Notes: generated by a model from the letters alone, not told the origin. Shown: positions 16,292 through 24,399, numbered from the stretch's first letter. The stretch: DNA of 43,763 bases from an uncultured Candidatus Saccharibacteria bacterium (GCA_964426755.1 CAYRRR010000005.1:1-43763); one strand, 5' to 3'. A program made the numbers and translations.

Positions 16292-18118
16292 TTAGAAATT
16301 ACTGCCTTCTTGTGCGACTTTTTGCAATAACTCATCAACGGTAAGCTCGGCTATCTCTTCCAAATCTCTACGGACGCGAGGGGTAACTTTGCCGCTTGCC
16401 ATTTCTTTTTCACCTATAACAAGCGTGTAGGGTATCTTCATCATTTCGGCGGCGCGAATTTTTTTACCAACAGATTCGTTTGCATTGTCTATTTCTGCTC
16501 GCAGACCGGATTCTTTAGCTTGCTTGGCTAGTTCTTCTGCGAATTTAACAGTAGGTTCTTCTTGATTAACCGTAATAATCCGAACTTGTTCAGGTGACAG
16601 CCAAACTGGTAAGTTTCCGGCAGTCTTTTCAAGCAAGAAAGCCATAAAGCGCTCGAACGCCCCCATGATAGATTTATGAATAACGTATGGGTGTTTTTCT
16701 TTACCATCGGCGTCAACATACGTAAGGCCCATTCTCTCGGGTACAAGAACATCTATTTGCACAGTTGCAATGGTATCTTCTTTACCAAGCACATTATTAG
16801 TTTGGACATCAAGCTTCGGACCATAAAAAGCTGCTTCGCCCACACCCTCTTCGTATTTGAGCTCTAATTCATCCAGCACTTCTCTGATTACTTGTGCGGC
16901 ATGGTCCCATTTGCTACTCTCTTCAGCAAATTTATCTTTTTCAAAATCAGGTAACGACAATCTGAACCAATAATCATCTATGCCCGTCTGGCCGTAAACT
17001 TCTTTAAACATCTTTAGTATTGCAATAAATTCATCTTTTAGTTGATTCTCGGTCGCATAGGTATGCGAGTCATTTTGCGTTATCGGACCGCGCATGCGAA
17101 TTAAGCCTGTTAAGGTGCCAGAAAGCTCATACCGATACAGTCCCGCGTGTTCACTTAAGCGCAGTGGTAAATCACGATAACTTTCTACCATACGTTCATA
17201 AATCATATGGTGATGAGGACAATTCATAGGTTTAATGAAGAACTGATTGCCCTCTTCGTCTTCTTTGGTGGCATACATGTTCTCAAGGTAATAATCGGCG
17301 TGACCCGATCGTTCATACAGTTTGCGCTGCGTTAAAACCGGTGTAGCAACATATTGATAGCCAGCTGCCTCTTCTTTATCACGCATATAGTCCATCAAGA
17401 TTTTCTTAATACGCTCACCTCGTGGCATAAGAAGAGGCAAGCCTGCACCCACATCCGGCGTAATAAAGAACAGTTTAAGTTTTTCGCCTAAGATCCGATG
17501 ATCACGACTCTTAGCTTCTTCAAGCAGCTTGAGGTATTCATCAAGCTCTTCTTGAGTTTCAAATGCCACGCCGTAAACACGTTGCATCTGGCGGTTTGAC
17601 TCTTTGCCGCGCCAGTAGGCACCGCTAACTCGGAGCAGCTTAAATGCTCCGACCTTACCAGTACTTTCAACGTGCGGGCCACGACATAAGTCCGTAAACG
17701 AACCGTTCTTATAAAACGACACTGCTTCTACCTTACTATCTTCACCTGCTTCAACCCCCAATTCATCGGTATCAATATCTTTTGCGGCGGTCGTTCCAGC
17801 TCTTTTTAGGTCATTCAACAATTCTTCTTTATATGGTTGGTTATTTTCTTTTGCCCATTTAATGGCTTGGTCGATCGGCAGCTCAAATTTTTCAAACAAG
17901 TCATCAGCAGCTATGATCTGCTTCATGTCTGACTCTAATGTCGCAAAATCTTCATCCGACAGTGTGTTGTCACCTAGATCTACATCGTAATAAAAACCAT
18001 GCTCTACTACGGGCCCGACCCCAAACTTGGCCTCTGGCCACCTCTGCTGAATAGCGGTTGCCATAATATGAGCCAAGCTGTGACGCATCGCATATAAATG
18101 TTGATCGTTATCTGTCAT
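16292..18118 (-). CDS. thrS: threonyl-tRNA synthetase (no TGS domain)
   Basis: RHSLAH, DLCRGPHV, KPMNCPHH, R.E.SG.L.GL.R.R, EAAFYGPKLD motifs. Confidence 0.97.
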   Translation of the reverse strand: MTDNDQHLYAMRHSLAHIMATAIQQRWPEAKFGVGPVVEHGFYYDVDLGDNTLSDEDFATLESDMKQIIAADDLFEKFELPIDQAIKWAKENNQPYKEELLNDLKRAGTTAAKDIDTDELGVEAGEDSKVEAVSFYKNGSFTDLCRGPHVESTGKVGAFKLLRVSGAYWRGKESNRQMQRVYGVAFETQEELDEYLKLLEEAKSRDHRILGEKLKLFFITPDVGAGLPLLMPRGERIKKILMDYMRDKEEAAGYQYVATPVLTQRKLYERSGHADYYLENMYATKEDEEGNQFFIKPMNCPHHHMIYERMVESYRDLPLRLSEHAGLYRYELSGTLTGLIRMRGPITQNDSHTYATENQLKDEFIAILKMFKEVYGQTGIDDYWFRLSLPDFEKDKFAEESSKWDHAAQVIREVLDELELKYEEGVGEAAFYGPKLDVQTNNVLGKEDTIATVQIDVLVPERMGLTYVDADGKEKHPYVIHKSIMGAFERFMAFLLEKTAGNLPVWLSPEQVRIITVNQEEPTVKFAEELAKQAKESGLRAEIDNANESVGKKIRAAEMMKIPYTLVIGEKEMASGKVTPRVRRDLEEIAELTVDELLQKVAQEGSNF

Positions 18119-18180
18119 GTATTCTTCCTTAAAAGTAATAATATCAGTTTAGCGACCTCTTATAAAGGAAAAAGAGTAGC

Positions 18181-18310
18181 CCGGGCAAAAATCATACTTT
18201 TTGCCCGGCTCTGGTGAGAAAAACCGTAGGTTTACTCACATCAAATTAAAAGTACCGCTTCAATGTTCTCGCAAATACATTTAAACGGTACTTCTGTGGT
18301 GTTTAGTATA
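18181..18310 (-). promoter_or_regulatory. structured thrS leader (extended -10 plus three hairpins, the last terminator-like)
   Basis: TGT-TATACT at 18313-18305; stems at 18250-18293, 18214-18239 and 18181-18208 (11 bp perfect). Confidence 0.5.
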
Positions 18311-18499
18311 ACACACCTCGGCAAAATGCCACCTAACACATTGTTAGTATACATAGGCTAGTATTAAAATGCTAGTACTTTGTTAACTTTCTTTTCCACA
18401 GCTTTTTGCTTTGTAAAAGGACTCCCTCCTGTTTCCGGACAGAAACCACTCAATGAGAAGATTCATTGAGCTGAAAGAAGGACGGCTGGAAGGCCAAAC

Positions 18500-18529
18500 T
18501 AAAAAACACGCTACTCGATCGCGTGTTTT
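18500..18529 (-). terminator. intrinsic terminator downstream of tRNA-Val and its repeat
   Basis: AAAACACGC-N9-GCGTGTTTTTT on the minus strand. Confidence 0.7.
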
Positions 18530-18556
18530 AAGGGTTGGTCGGACTCACCTCCGACG

Positions 18557-18574
18557 TGTTGGGCGGTACAGGAT
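18557..18574 (-). repeat. displaced copy of the tRNA-Val 3' end (att-like)
   Basis: GGGCGGTACAGGAT at 18561-18574 is identical to 18720-18733; the ACCA end reads AACA. Confidence 0.8.
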
Positions 18575-18715
18575 ATCGCCCATTGGGCTCTTCCCTGCGG
18601 TGCTCGAAATAACTCTGAACAAGCTCAATTACTTCTGCGCTCCTCGTTCACCGAACCTTTGCCTCGAATCAATACGATCGACCAGTTTCTATGCAGCCGA
18701 TGGCTCCGCAGAAAC

Positions 18716-18792
18716 TGGTGGGCGGTACAGGATTCGAACCTGTCACCTCAACAACGTCAATGTTGCGCTCTAGCCAAATGAGCTAACCGCCC
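18716..18792 (-). tRNA. tRNA-Val(GAC)
   Basis: 77-nt cloverleaf; anticodon arm CAACA-TTGACGT-TGTTG; CCA encoded. Confidence 0.95.
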
Positions 18793-18834
18793 TTTTTACT
18801 TGATAATTTTACCAAAAACAGGGGTAAATATCAA

Positions 18835-19095
18835 TTATTCCCTCGATATTTTAATGAAGCGTGGCATATTATCAACCTCTTCCATCCAGCTAGAAACTGG
18901 GCGCACAAACTCAACACTAGGTTCATCGACATTGACATAACGAACCGCAACCTCATCAGTCGCCTCTGTGACAACGAAGCCCAGCACTTTATATATGTGC
19001 TCATTTTTATAGTGTTGATACTCACCGCTAACCTCTATAAATTCAGATGCGCGAAAAATCTCTAACCTCAGCTCGTTAAGCGATTTATGACTCAT
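18835..19095 (-). CDS. DUF1653-family small protein
   Basis: 'GEYQHYKNEHIYKV...VAVRY...FVRPVSSWMEEV..PRF'; overlaps the tgt stop. Confidence 0.8.
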   Translation of the reverse strand: MSHKSLNELRLEIFRASEFIEVSGEYQHYKNEHIYKVLGFVVTEATDEVAVRYVNVDEPSVEFVRPVSSWMEEVDNMPRFIKISRE

Positions 19096-20186
19096 CCTCT
19101 ATACTCCTCGCAGATGCGTTGGAGATAGCGGATATTATGGATGCTTGCCAGTGTGCCCGCTAAAGGCTCCCCTACTTTAAACTGATGACGCAAGAAGCCC
19201 TTACTAAAGCCTTCAGTGCACGCATAACAATCGCAGCCGGGATCAATTACAGAGGTATCCGTTGCAAATTTTTCATTCGTGAGATGCAGCTTCTTGTCAC
19301 CCGCTACCCAAACAGTGGCATGGCGAGCGTTTCTGGTTGGCAAAACGCAATCGAGCATATCGATGCCATGCTCTATAGCAAAGCGAAGATCGACCGGGTC
19401 GCCTACTCCTAGCAAAAAGCGTGGGCGTGGCGAATTGTCATACAACGGTGCTAAGCACGCCAAGATGTCGTGCATATCTTCTCTTGACTCACCAACAGAT
19501 AACCCCCCAATCGCTACGCCATCTACCGGCAAGCTTTGCACAATCTCTAAGCTTTGTTTGCGTAAAGCTTTATCAAGGCCACCTTGTACGACCCCAAACA
19601 GTAACGGCCTGTCTTCTGGCTTCATATCTTTTGTCAAACGCTGGAACTCTTTTAATGAGCGCTCTAACCAGCGATGCGTTCTATCAAACGCTTCTTTGGT
19701 GCGCGACCTACCCTGATCATCCAGCGCGGTTACATCATCGAAGGCAACCATCATGTCGGCACCTAGCTTTATTTGTATCTGCATAGACTTCTCGGGCGAA
19801 AGAAATACGTTATCACCGGTACGAGGGTCTTTAAAATACACCCCCTCTTCGGTAATTTTGTTGATATGTGCCAAACTAAACACTTGAAAACCGCCAGAAT
19901 CAGTTAAAATCGGCAATGTTTGCTTTGTAAACTCGTGTAAACCACCTAAAGAAGCGACTGTGTCTTCACCCGGCTGCAAATGCAAATGATAGGTATTTGC
20001 CAGCACTGCCCCAACACCAGTATTTTTTACCATATCTGGAGTTAATGACTTCACGGCACCTCTTGTACCGTCCGGCATAAAGGTGGGTGTCAGCATGTTT
20101 CCTGCTCGCGTTCGCACAATGCCATGCCTTATACCGTTTATGGTATTATGTAGCGTAAATACAGGGGTAGTCGTCGTGGGTGTCAT
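19092..20186 (-). CDS. tgt: tRNA-guanine transglycosylase
   Basis: TPTFMP.GT, LANTYHL, LTDSGGFQVFSL, GGLSVGE, DCVLPTRNARH, CDCYAC...H Zn site. Confidence 0.95.
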   Translation of the reverse strand: MTPTTTTPVFTLHNTINGIRHGIVRTRAGNMLTPTFMPDGTRGAVKSLTPDMVKNTGVGAVLANTYHLHLQPGEDTVASLGGLHEFTKQTLPILTDSGGFQVFSLAHINKITEEGVYFKDPRTGDNVFLSPEKSMQIQIKLGADMMVAFDDVTALDDQGRSRTKEAFDRTHRWLERSLKEFQRLTKDMKPEDRPLLFGVVQGGLDKALRKQSLEIVQSLPVDGVAIGGLSVGESREDMHDILACLAPLYDNSPRPRFLLGVGDPVDLRFAIEHGIDMLDCVLPTRNARHATVWVAGDKKLHLTNEKFATDTSVIDPGCDCYACTEGFSKGFLRHQFKVGEPLAGTLASIHNIRYLQRICEEYRG

Positions 20187-20219
20187 TGTTGTTATTATAT
20201 CATCTTCTACCCACCTATA

Positions 20220-20248
20220 TTGACACTTTGTGGGTAGATTGGTAGTAT
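20220..20248 (+). promoter_or_regulatory. promoter TTGACA-N17-TAGTAT
   Basis: Consensus -35, 17-nt spacer; divergent from tgt. Confidence 0.75.
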
Positions 20249-20275
20249 GTATTCGTTAAACGAGGCAACTCATTA

Positions 20276-20407
20276 ATGAGTAGCAACCAGCATAAGTCTT
20301 CGTTAGAGGACTTTAAGCTGTTCTACGAGGAGCTCGTGTTTACAGCCGGAAAGCGATCAGTTAACCGGTTACGAAGAACTCGTTTAACAGCGGCTGCCTC
20401 AAAGTAA
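20276..20407 (+). CDS. putative 43-aa small protein (or structured sRNA) absent from the ORF track
   Basis: MSSNQHKSSLEDFKLFYEELVFTAGKRSVNRLRRTRLTAAASK*, with GAGG upstream, its own promoter and a terminator. Confidence 0.5.
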   Translation: MSSNQHKSSLEDFKLFYEELVFTAGKRSVNRLRRTRLTAAASK

Positions 20408-20424
20408 CATTTAGGTAGCAAATG

Positions 20425-20469
20425 AAACCCTTTTGCGGTACTTGAGAGACATCGTAAGAGGGTTTTTTG
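20425..20469 (+). terminator. intrinsic terminator
   Basis: AAACCCTTTTGCGGT pairs with ATCGTAAGAGGGTTT (15 bp including G-U), followed by a U-tract. Confidence 0.8.
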
Positions 20470-20523
20470 TTTTCCCCACATATTTTCATAAGTTATCCAC
20501 TAGCATTATTTATAGCGTTATGA

Positions 20524-20533
20524 CAATATATAG
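20524..20533. promoter_or_regulatory. candidate NrdR box core CAATATATAG
   Basis: Matches the CwAtATaTwG core 2 nt upstream of the nrdR start codon. Confidence 0.4.
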
Positions 20534-20535
20534 AC

Positions 20536-20949
20536 ATGGTATGCATATTTTGTGATGGAGATACGGCCGTTGTAAACTCTCGCTTGCAAAAGCGTGAGAA
20601 CAGCGTGTGGCGTCGCCGTAAATGCCCAAACTGTCTCGCAATTTTTACTACCATAGAAGAAGCAGACCTGTCGTATAGCATACGGGTTGCCCCTGAGAGC
20701 CAAAATGAGGCCCTTACGCCGTTTTCAAAGCCTAAACTCCTCATGAGTATATATGAGTGCTGCAAACACCTTGAGGAGCCTGAGAATACCTCTGAGGCGC
20801 TAACCCGAACCGTTATATCCAAGCTGCTGAACAAAAAGTCTGCCCTAATTCGTAAACAAGATATAAAGCAGACTACGTACGAGGTGCTGCATCGCTTTAA
20901 TGCGGCTGCCGGCGTGCAATACGCTGCCTTTCACCCTATAAAAAACTAA
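20536..20949 (+). CDS. nrdR: NrdR-family transcriptional repressor
   Basis: CxxC...V.NSR...VWRRRKCPNC...FTTIE Zn ribbon followed by an ATP-cone-like domain. Confidence 0.85.
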   Translation: MVCIFCDGDTAVVNSRLQKRENSVWRRRKCPNCLAIFTTIEEADLSYSIRVAPESQNEALTPFSKPKLLMSIYECCKHLEEPENTSEALTRTVISKLLNKKSALIRKQDIKQTTYEVLHRFNAAAGVQYAAFHPIKN

Positions 20950-22575
20950 TCACTCAGTACTATGCCCCGTAACAGTCTTGCCGGTATCAGTCTTCACGGC
21001 CTTCTCTGTCACGTCAAACTTATCAAGATACTTGCCAATCAATAATCTGGTTTGCGCATTTATGGCCGACAAAGAACTGTAAACAATACTTGTTAACGGC
21101 AATAATACCCATTGCACCATCATCCACAGCGTTCTGCGCCGCTTATAGCGCTTTGGCTTTGGCGGTAACGCTTTTACCCCTAAGAAGAATGTCACCAAAA
21201 TACCGGTCAGGGCTATGGTCTGAATACGGCTTGCAAGTAACGGTAACTGGTTAGAAGCATAATCATTCGGGTTAAACAGTGCCGGTATAAAGGCAGCAAA
21301 GGCCAAGATTAAAGGTGCGGTTGACCAGCTAATGTGCCCCTCTAATAACCGTAAGAACTTAAAGAGTTTGTCCATTTTAGGAATATTGTTGGGTGTAAAC
21401 CAAGCTTTATCAGCCACATAGGCTATATCTGAGGCTCCGTATGCCCAACGGCGCATCTGGATAAATTGAGCACGTAGTGTCTTGCGGTAGGTTTTATCTA
21501 AGACAGCATCCTGATAAACCGGCAAATAAATCGGGTATACCTCGTATTTTCCTTCAAACGCGAAATAGCTACGCCAAAACTGATGACCATCTTCTACGAT
21601 AGTGCGCACGCTCCAGTAGTCGGTCTCTATTAACCCTTGCATACTTTGCGCATGAGAGGCAAAATTTCTCAACATATGCGGCCGAAGCGACAAAATTATA
21701 TTCCAAAACGAGTTACCCGTCGCCACAACACGCATAGGTGCAGGTACGTCCCAAATATTGCTTGTATATTGCGGTATCGGCTGATATGAAACATGGATCG
21801 GGTCAATTGATAACACAAACGTATAAGTTAAAGCCGCCAAATAGTTAATATGCGGCCGATTATCAGAATCTAACGTAGTCACTATCACGTTTTTTGGTTC
21901 GATTTTCTGCTTGGCAAGATACCGCTCAAGCTCTCTTGCGGCATACGTTATGTTGCCGCCTTTACCGATAACTTCATTTGGAATGTCTTGAGGATGCTTG
22001 ACTGCAAAAATATGCCCAAACTTGCTTTTATAATCCTTCATTAACTGTTCGGCCTGCTTCTCTACCGCTTCGCCGCCTCGCTCTTCATAGGCCAGCACCA
22101 AAATCACCTTATCCATATCGTAATGAGAATCAAGCACCGATTGAAATGTGGGCTCTAATACTTCACGACTCTCGTTATAGGTAGCAATAATAACCGCATG
22201 ATAAATATCATCCGGCTTAAAGGTCTGGCTGTTTGCGAGGCGCTTTAGGTTATCAAAGTGCCAGTTGGGTAAATCTTTTGTTTTTTGATAGTCTTTCTCT
22301 GGACTTTCTAGCTGAGTTAACATTTTTGGCCAGTTAAGCTTTTGGTGCTGTTGCATTGTTCTCCACCCCTGAATAACGCGCACATTAAGCCCCACAGCTC
22401 GCGCAAACCACAGCAAGAAGAAAGCAATAACCAAAATGGCCGTTACGTGAGGAGCAAACAAACTCAGCACAAACGGCAAAATTAAGATAGACCACGTAAT
22501 CAAGCCTGGCAGCATTTCAAAGAAACGATAATGCCGGCTTTTTTCAGATTGTAGGGGTATTTCGATGTTTTTCAT
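20950..22575 (-). CDS. membrane glycosyltransferase family 2
   Basis: IATYNES, TTLDSD (DxD-like), IVEDGH and QMRRW motifs; flanking TM helices. Confidence 0.85.
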   Translation of the reverse strand: MKNIEIPLQSEKSRHYRFFEMLPGLITWSILILPFVLSLFAPHVTAILVIAFFLLWFARAVGLNVRVIQGWRTMQQHQKLNWPKMLTQLESPEKDYQKTKDLPNWHFDNLKRLANSQTFKPDDIYHAVIIATYNESREVLEPTFQSVLDSHYDMDKVILVLAYEERGGEAVEKQAEQLMKDYKSKFGHIFAVKHPQDIPNEVIGKGGNITYAARELERYLAKQKIEPKNVIVTTLDSDNRPHINYLAALTYTFVLSIDPIHVSYQPIPQYTSNIWDVPAPMRVVATGNSFWNIILSLRPHMLRNFASHAQSMQGLIETDYWSVRTIVEDGHQFWRSYFAFEGKYEVYPIYLPVYQDAVLDKTYRKTLRAQFIQMRRWAYGASDIAYVADKAWFTPNNIPKMDKLFKFLRLLEGHISWSTAPLILAFAAFIPALFNPNDYASNQLPLLASRIQTIALTGILVTFFLGVKALPPKPKRYKRRRTLWMMVQWVLLPLTSIVYSSLSAINAQTRLLIGKYLDKFDVTEKAVKTDTGKTVTGHSTE

Positions 22576-22928
22576 TATCGTAAGGCCAGTAACGCGTTAC
22601 CGACAATTATGGTTAACATCAGCAGTAATATGCAAACCGCCGATATTGCAATAGCATACGGACGGCGGATTTTGTAAGCCCTCATACTTAAGAGCACCTG
22701 TATGCCCAGGACAATGATGCCAAACAGCACAAAACTGATAAAGGTGGTGCTGTCGCCTACTTTAAATGCACCTAAGCCCAGGTTGGCACGATATTGCACA
22801 ATGTAGCTACCGCGGCTGCTATCAAGCCGTAACAGTACGAGAAAGGTGTTCAAGACGGTTAAAAACACGCCCGAACTTAAAAGCAACAAAATTAAACGGT
22901 CGTGAAAATAATTTTTTGGTATATGCAT
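22575..22928 (-). CDS. hypothetical 3-TM membrane protein
   Basis: 117 aa, hydrophobic; TATAAT 8 nt upstream of the ATG; stop abuts the GT2 start. Confidence 0.75.
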   Translation of the reverse strand: MHIPKNYFHDRLILLLLSSGVFLTVLNTFLVLLRLDSSRGSYIVQYRANLGLGAFKVGDSTTFISFVLFGIIVLGIQVLLSMRAYKIRRPYAIAISAVCILLLMLTIIVGNALLALR

Positions 22929-22976
22929 TTGAATAAATTATAGTGCTTCAGCCTGAAATTATCTAGAACGAGTTAC

Positions 22977-23050
22977 TGGTGCGGGATACGAGAATCAAAC
23001 TCGTACCTCTTGCTTGGGAAGCAAGCGTACTATCACTATACTAATCCCGC
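22977..23050 (-). tRNA. tRNA-Gly(CCC)
   Basis: 74-nt cloverleaf; CTTGC-TTCCCAA-GCAAG; atypical D-loop AGTGATA and T-loop TTTGATT. Confidence 0.9.
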
Positions 23051-23052
23051 AT

Positions 23053-23128
23053 TGGAGCCACCTGCCGGGATTGAACCGGCGACCTACACGTTACGAATGT
23101 GTCGCTCTACCAACTGAGCTAAGGTGGC
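23053..23128 (-). tRNA. tRNA-Thr(CGT)
   Basis: 76-nt cloverleaf; anticodon loop TTCGTAA; CCA encoded. Confidence 0.93.
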
Positions 23129-23212
23129 ACGTTAACTTCAATATTGTAACAGATTGCCAACAGATACAAATTCTGCTAAAATTTTATGGTTGTGTTTAGG
23201 ATTTAGATTGTT

Positions 23213-23289
23213 GGGCTCGTGGTGTAGAGGCCTAACATGCCTCCCTGTCACGGAGGAGATCGCCGGTTCGAATCCGGTCGGGCCCGCCA
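23213..23289 (+). tRNA. tRNA-Asp(GTC)
   Basis: 77-nt cloverleaf; CCTCC-CTGTCAC-GGAGG; CCA encoded. Confidence 0.95.
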
Positions 23290-23292
23290 TAG

Positions 23293-23326
23293 AAAACGCC
23301 TCAATCCTTGCGATTGGGGCTTTTTC
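23293..23326 (+). terminator. terminator after tRNA-Asp
   Basis: GCCTCAATC-CTTGC-GATTGGGGC followed by TTTTT. Confidence 0.7.
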
Positions 23327-23451
23327 TATTTTGAGACTTGTCTCGTGTTGCGAAGTGATGATGCCGGTGCGTTCGCAACGAAAGCGCGCAGGTACTTGTA
23401 CCGAGCACATGAGGAAGCGGTTCGATAGAACCATCCGATTAGATCTGCCTA

Positions 23452-23480
23452 TTGACTTTTTATACTGTTTATGCTAATAT
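23452..23480 (+). promoter_or_regulatory. promoter TTGACT-N17-TAATAT
   Basis: Hexamers with 17-nt spacing upstream of ORF 23508. Confidence 0.65.
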
Positions 23481-23507
23481 GTATTTATACACCATTAAAC
23501 CAAACAT

Positions 23508-24368
23508 ATGATAAACACCACCTTACCCGCAGACGAAGAACAGCTTACGCAAACTGAAAACACCATAAAAGAGGTGCTTGAATCGGTTGAGCTTAACCCA
23601 TCTGCGCTTGACCCAATTATAATTGAGCGCCTGGCGATATTGCATGAGGCCACCCCTACTGTAGAAGATGAGTTGCGAGCCATTACTATGTCTCAGGCTG
23701 TTTTTGACACCGCGGCCGAAGCTGGTCATGCTTACTCTGAAGAAGAAAAACGAACCGTAATCATAGGCTCACTATTTACTGATATTGGTAAAAGCGGCCC
23801 TAAATCAGCTACGCCCGAACAGTCTAAGCTGATAGCATCTATTTTTAATGTCGAGAACCTGCCGCCAGAAACAGTCAACGGACCAATTGAAAGTTTTATT
23901 GATAATTATTTTGGTGAAGATGCAGAAGCGGCTAAATCACAATTAGCAAAACTAGGGCTCGACCTTACAAAGCTAAAAATGAGAGATCTCTACAACCTCC
24001 ATACCCTTTGGACACTAGAGTTAACGGTTGATTCTGGCATTCCTGAAGAAGCCGTCGCTGCGGCTGCTTCACATCATAGATTGCGCGGCGATAACCCGGG
24101 ATCTATCTTGAATGATGATGACACATTTACGCATGAGTTTGGCACTAACGGCAAATTTGATCGAGCAGAAAAATTAATTGCCGCCCTTGATATGTATGAC
24201 GCCTTTACCCGCAGGTCTGGGCTCAGTCACGAAGAAGCGCTATCTGCTCTTTCGGGTTGGCTGCAAAAAACGGCTGGCGGTAAATATGCCGATGACACTG
24301 AACTGAAACAAATTCTTCAAGACCTTGATGCAGCCACATCAGCCAAAGTGTCTGATACTGCCAACTAA
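23508..24368 (+). CDS. HD/HD-GYP-like phosphohydrolase-fold protein with degenerate motifs
   Basis: 'SLFTDIGKS' (cf. LHDIGK), 'HTLWTLEL', 'SHHRLRGDNP' (cf. HHE..dG.GYP), 'LDMYDAFTRR'. Confidence 0.65.
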   Translation: MINTTLPADEEQLTQTENTIKEVLESVELNPSALDPIIIERLAILHEATPTVEDELRAITMSQAVFDTAAEAGHAYSEEEKRTVIIGSLFTDIGKSGPKSATPEQSKLIASIFNVENLPPETVNGPIESFIDNYFGEDAEAAKSQLAKLGLDLTKLKMRDLYNLHTLWTLELTVDSGIPEEAVAAAASHHRLRGDNPGSILNDDDTFTHEFGTNGKFDRAEKLIAALDMYDAFTRRSGLSHEEALSALSGWLQKTAGGKYADDTELKQILQDLDAATSAKVSDTAN

Positions 24369-24399
24369 AGCACCGGTACAATACCCTACAAAAGCCGCA

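Noticed and set aside
18181-18310. T-box riboswitch upstream of thrS
   Set aside because: No T-box consensus or specifier stem I was recognisable.
18453-18773. Track ORF 18453..18773 (+)
   Set aside because: Runs antisense through a terminator, the tRNA-Val repeat and tRNA-Val itself.
23014-23477. Track ORFs 23014..23199, 23138..23434, 23154..23477 and 23237..23428
   Set aside because: They overlap tRNA-Gly, tRNA-Thr and tRNA-Asp.
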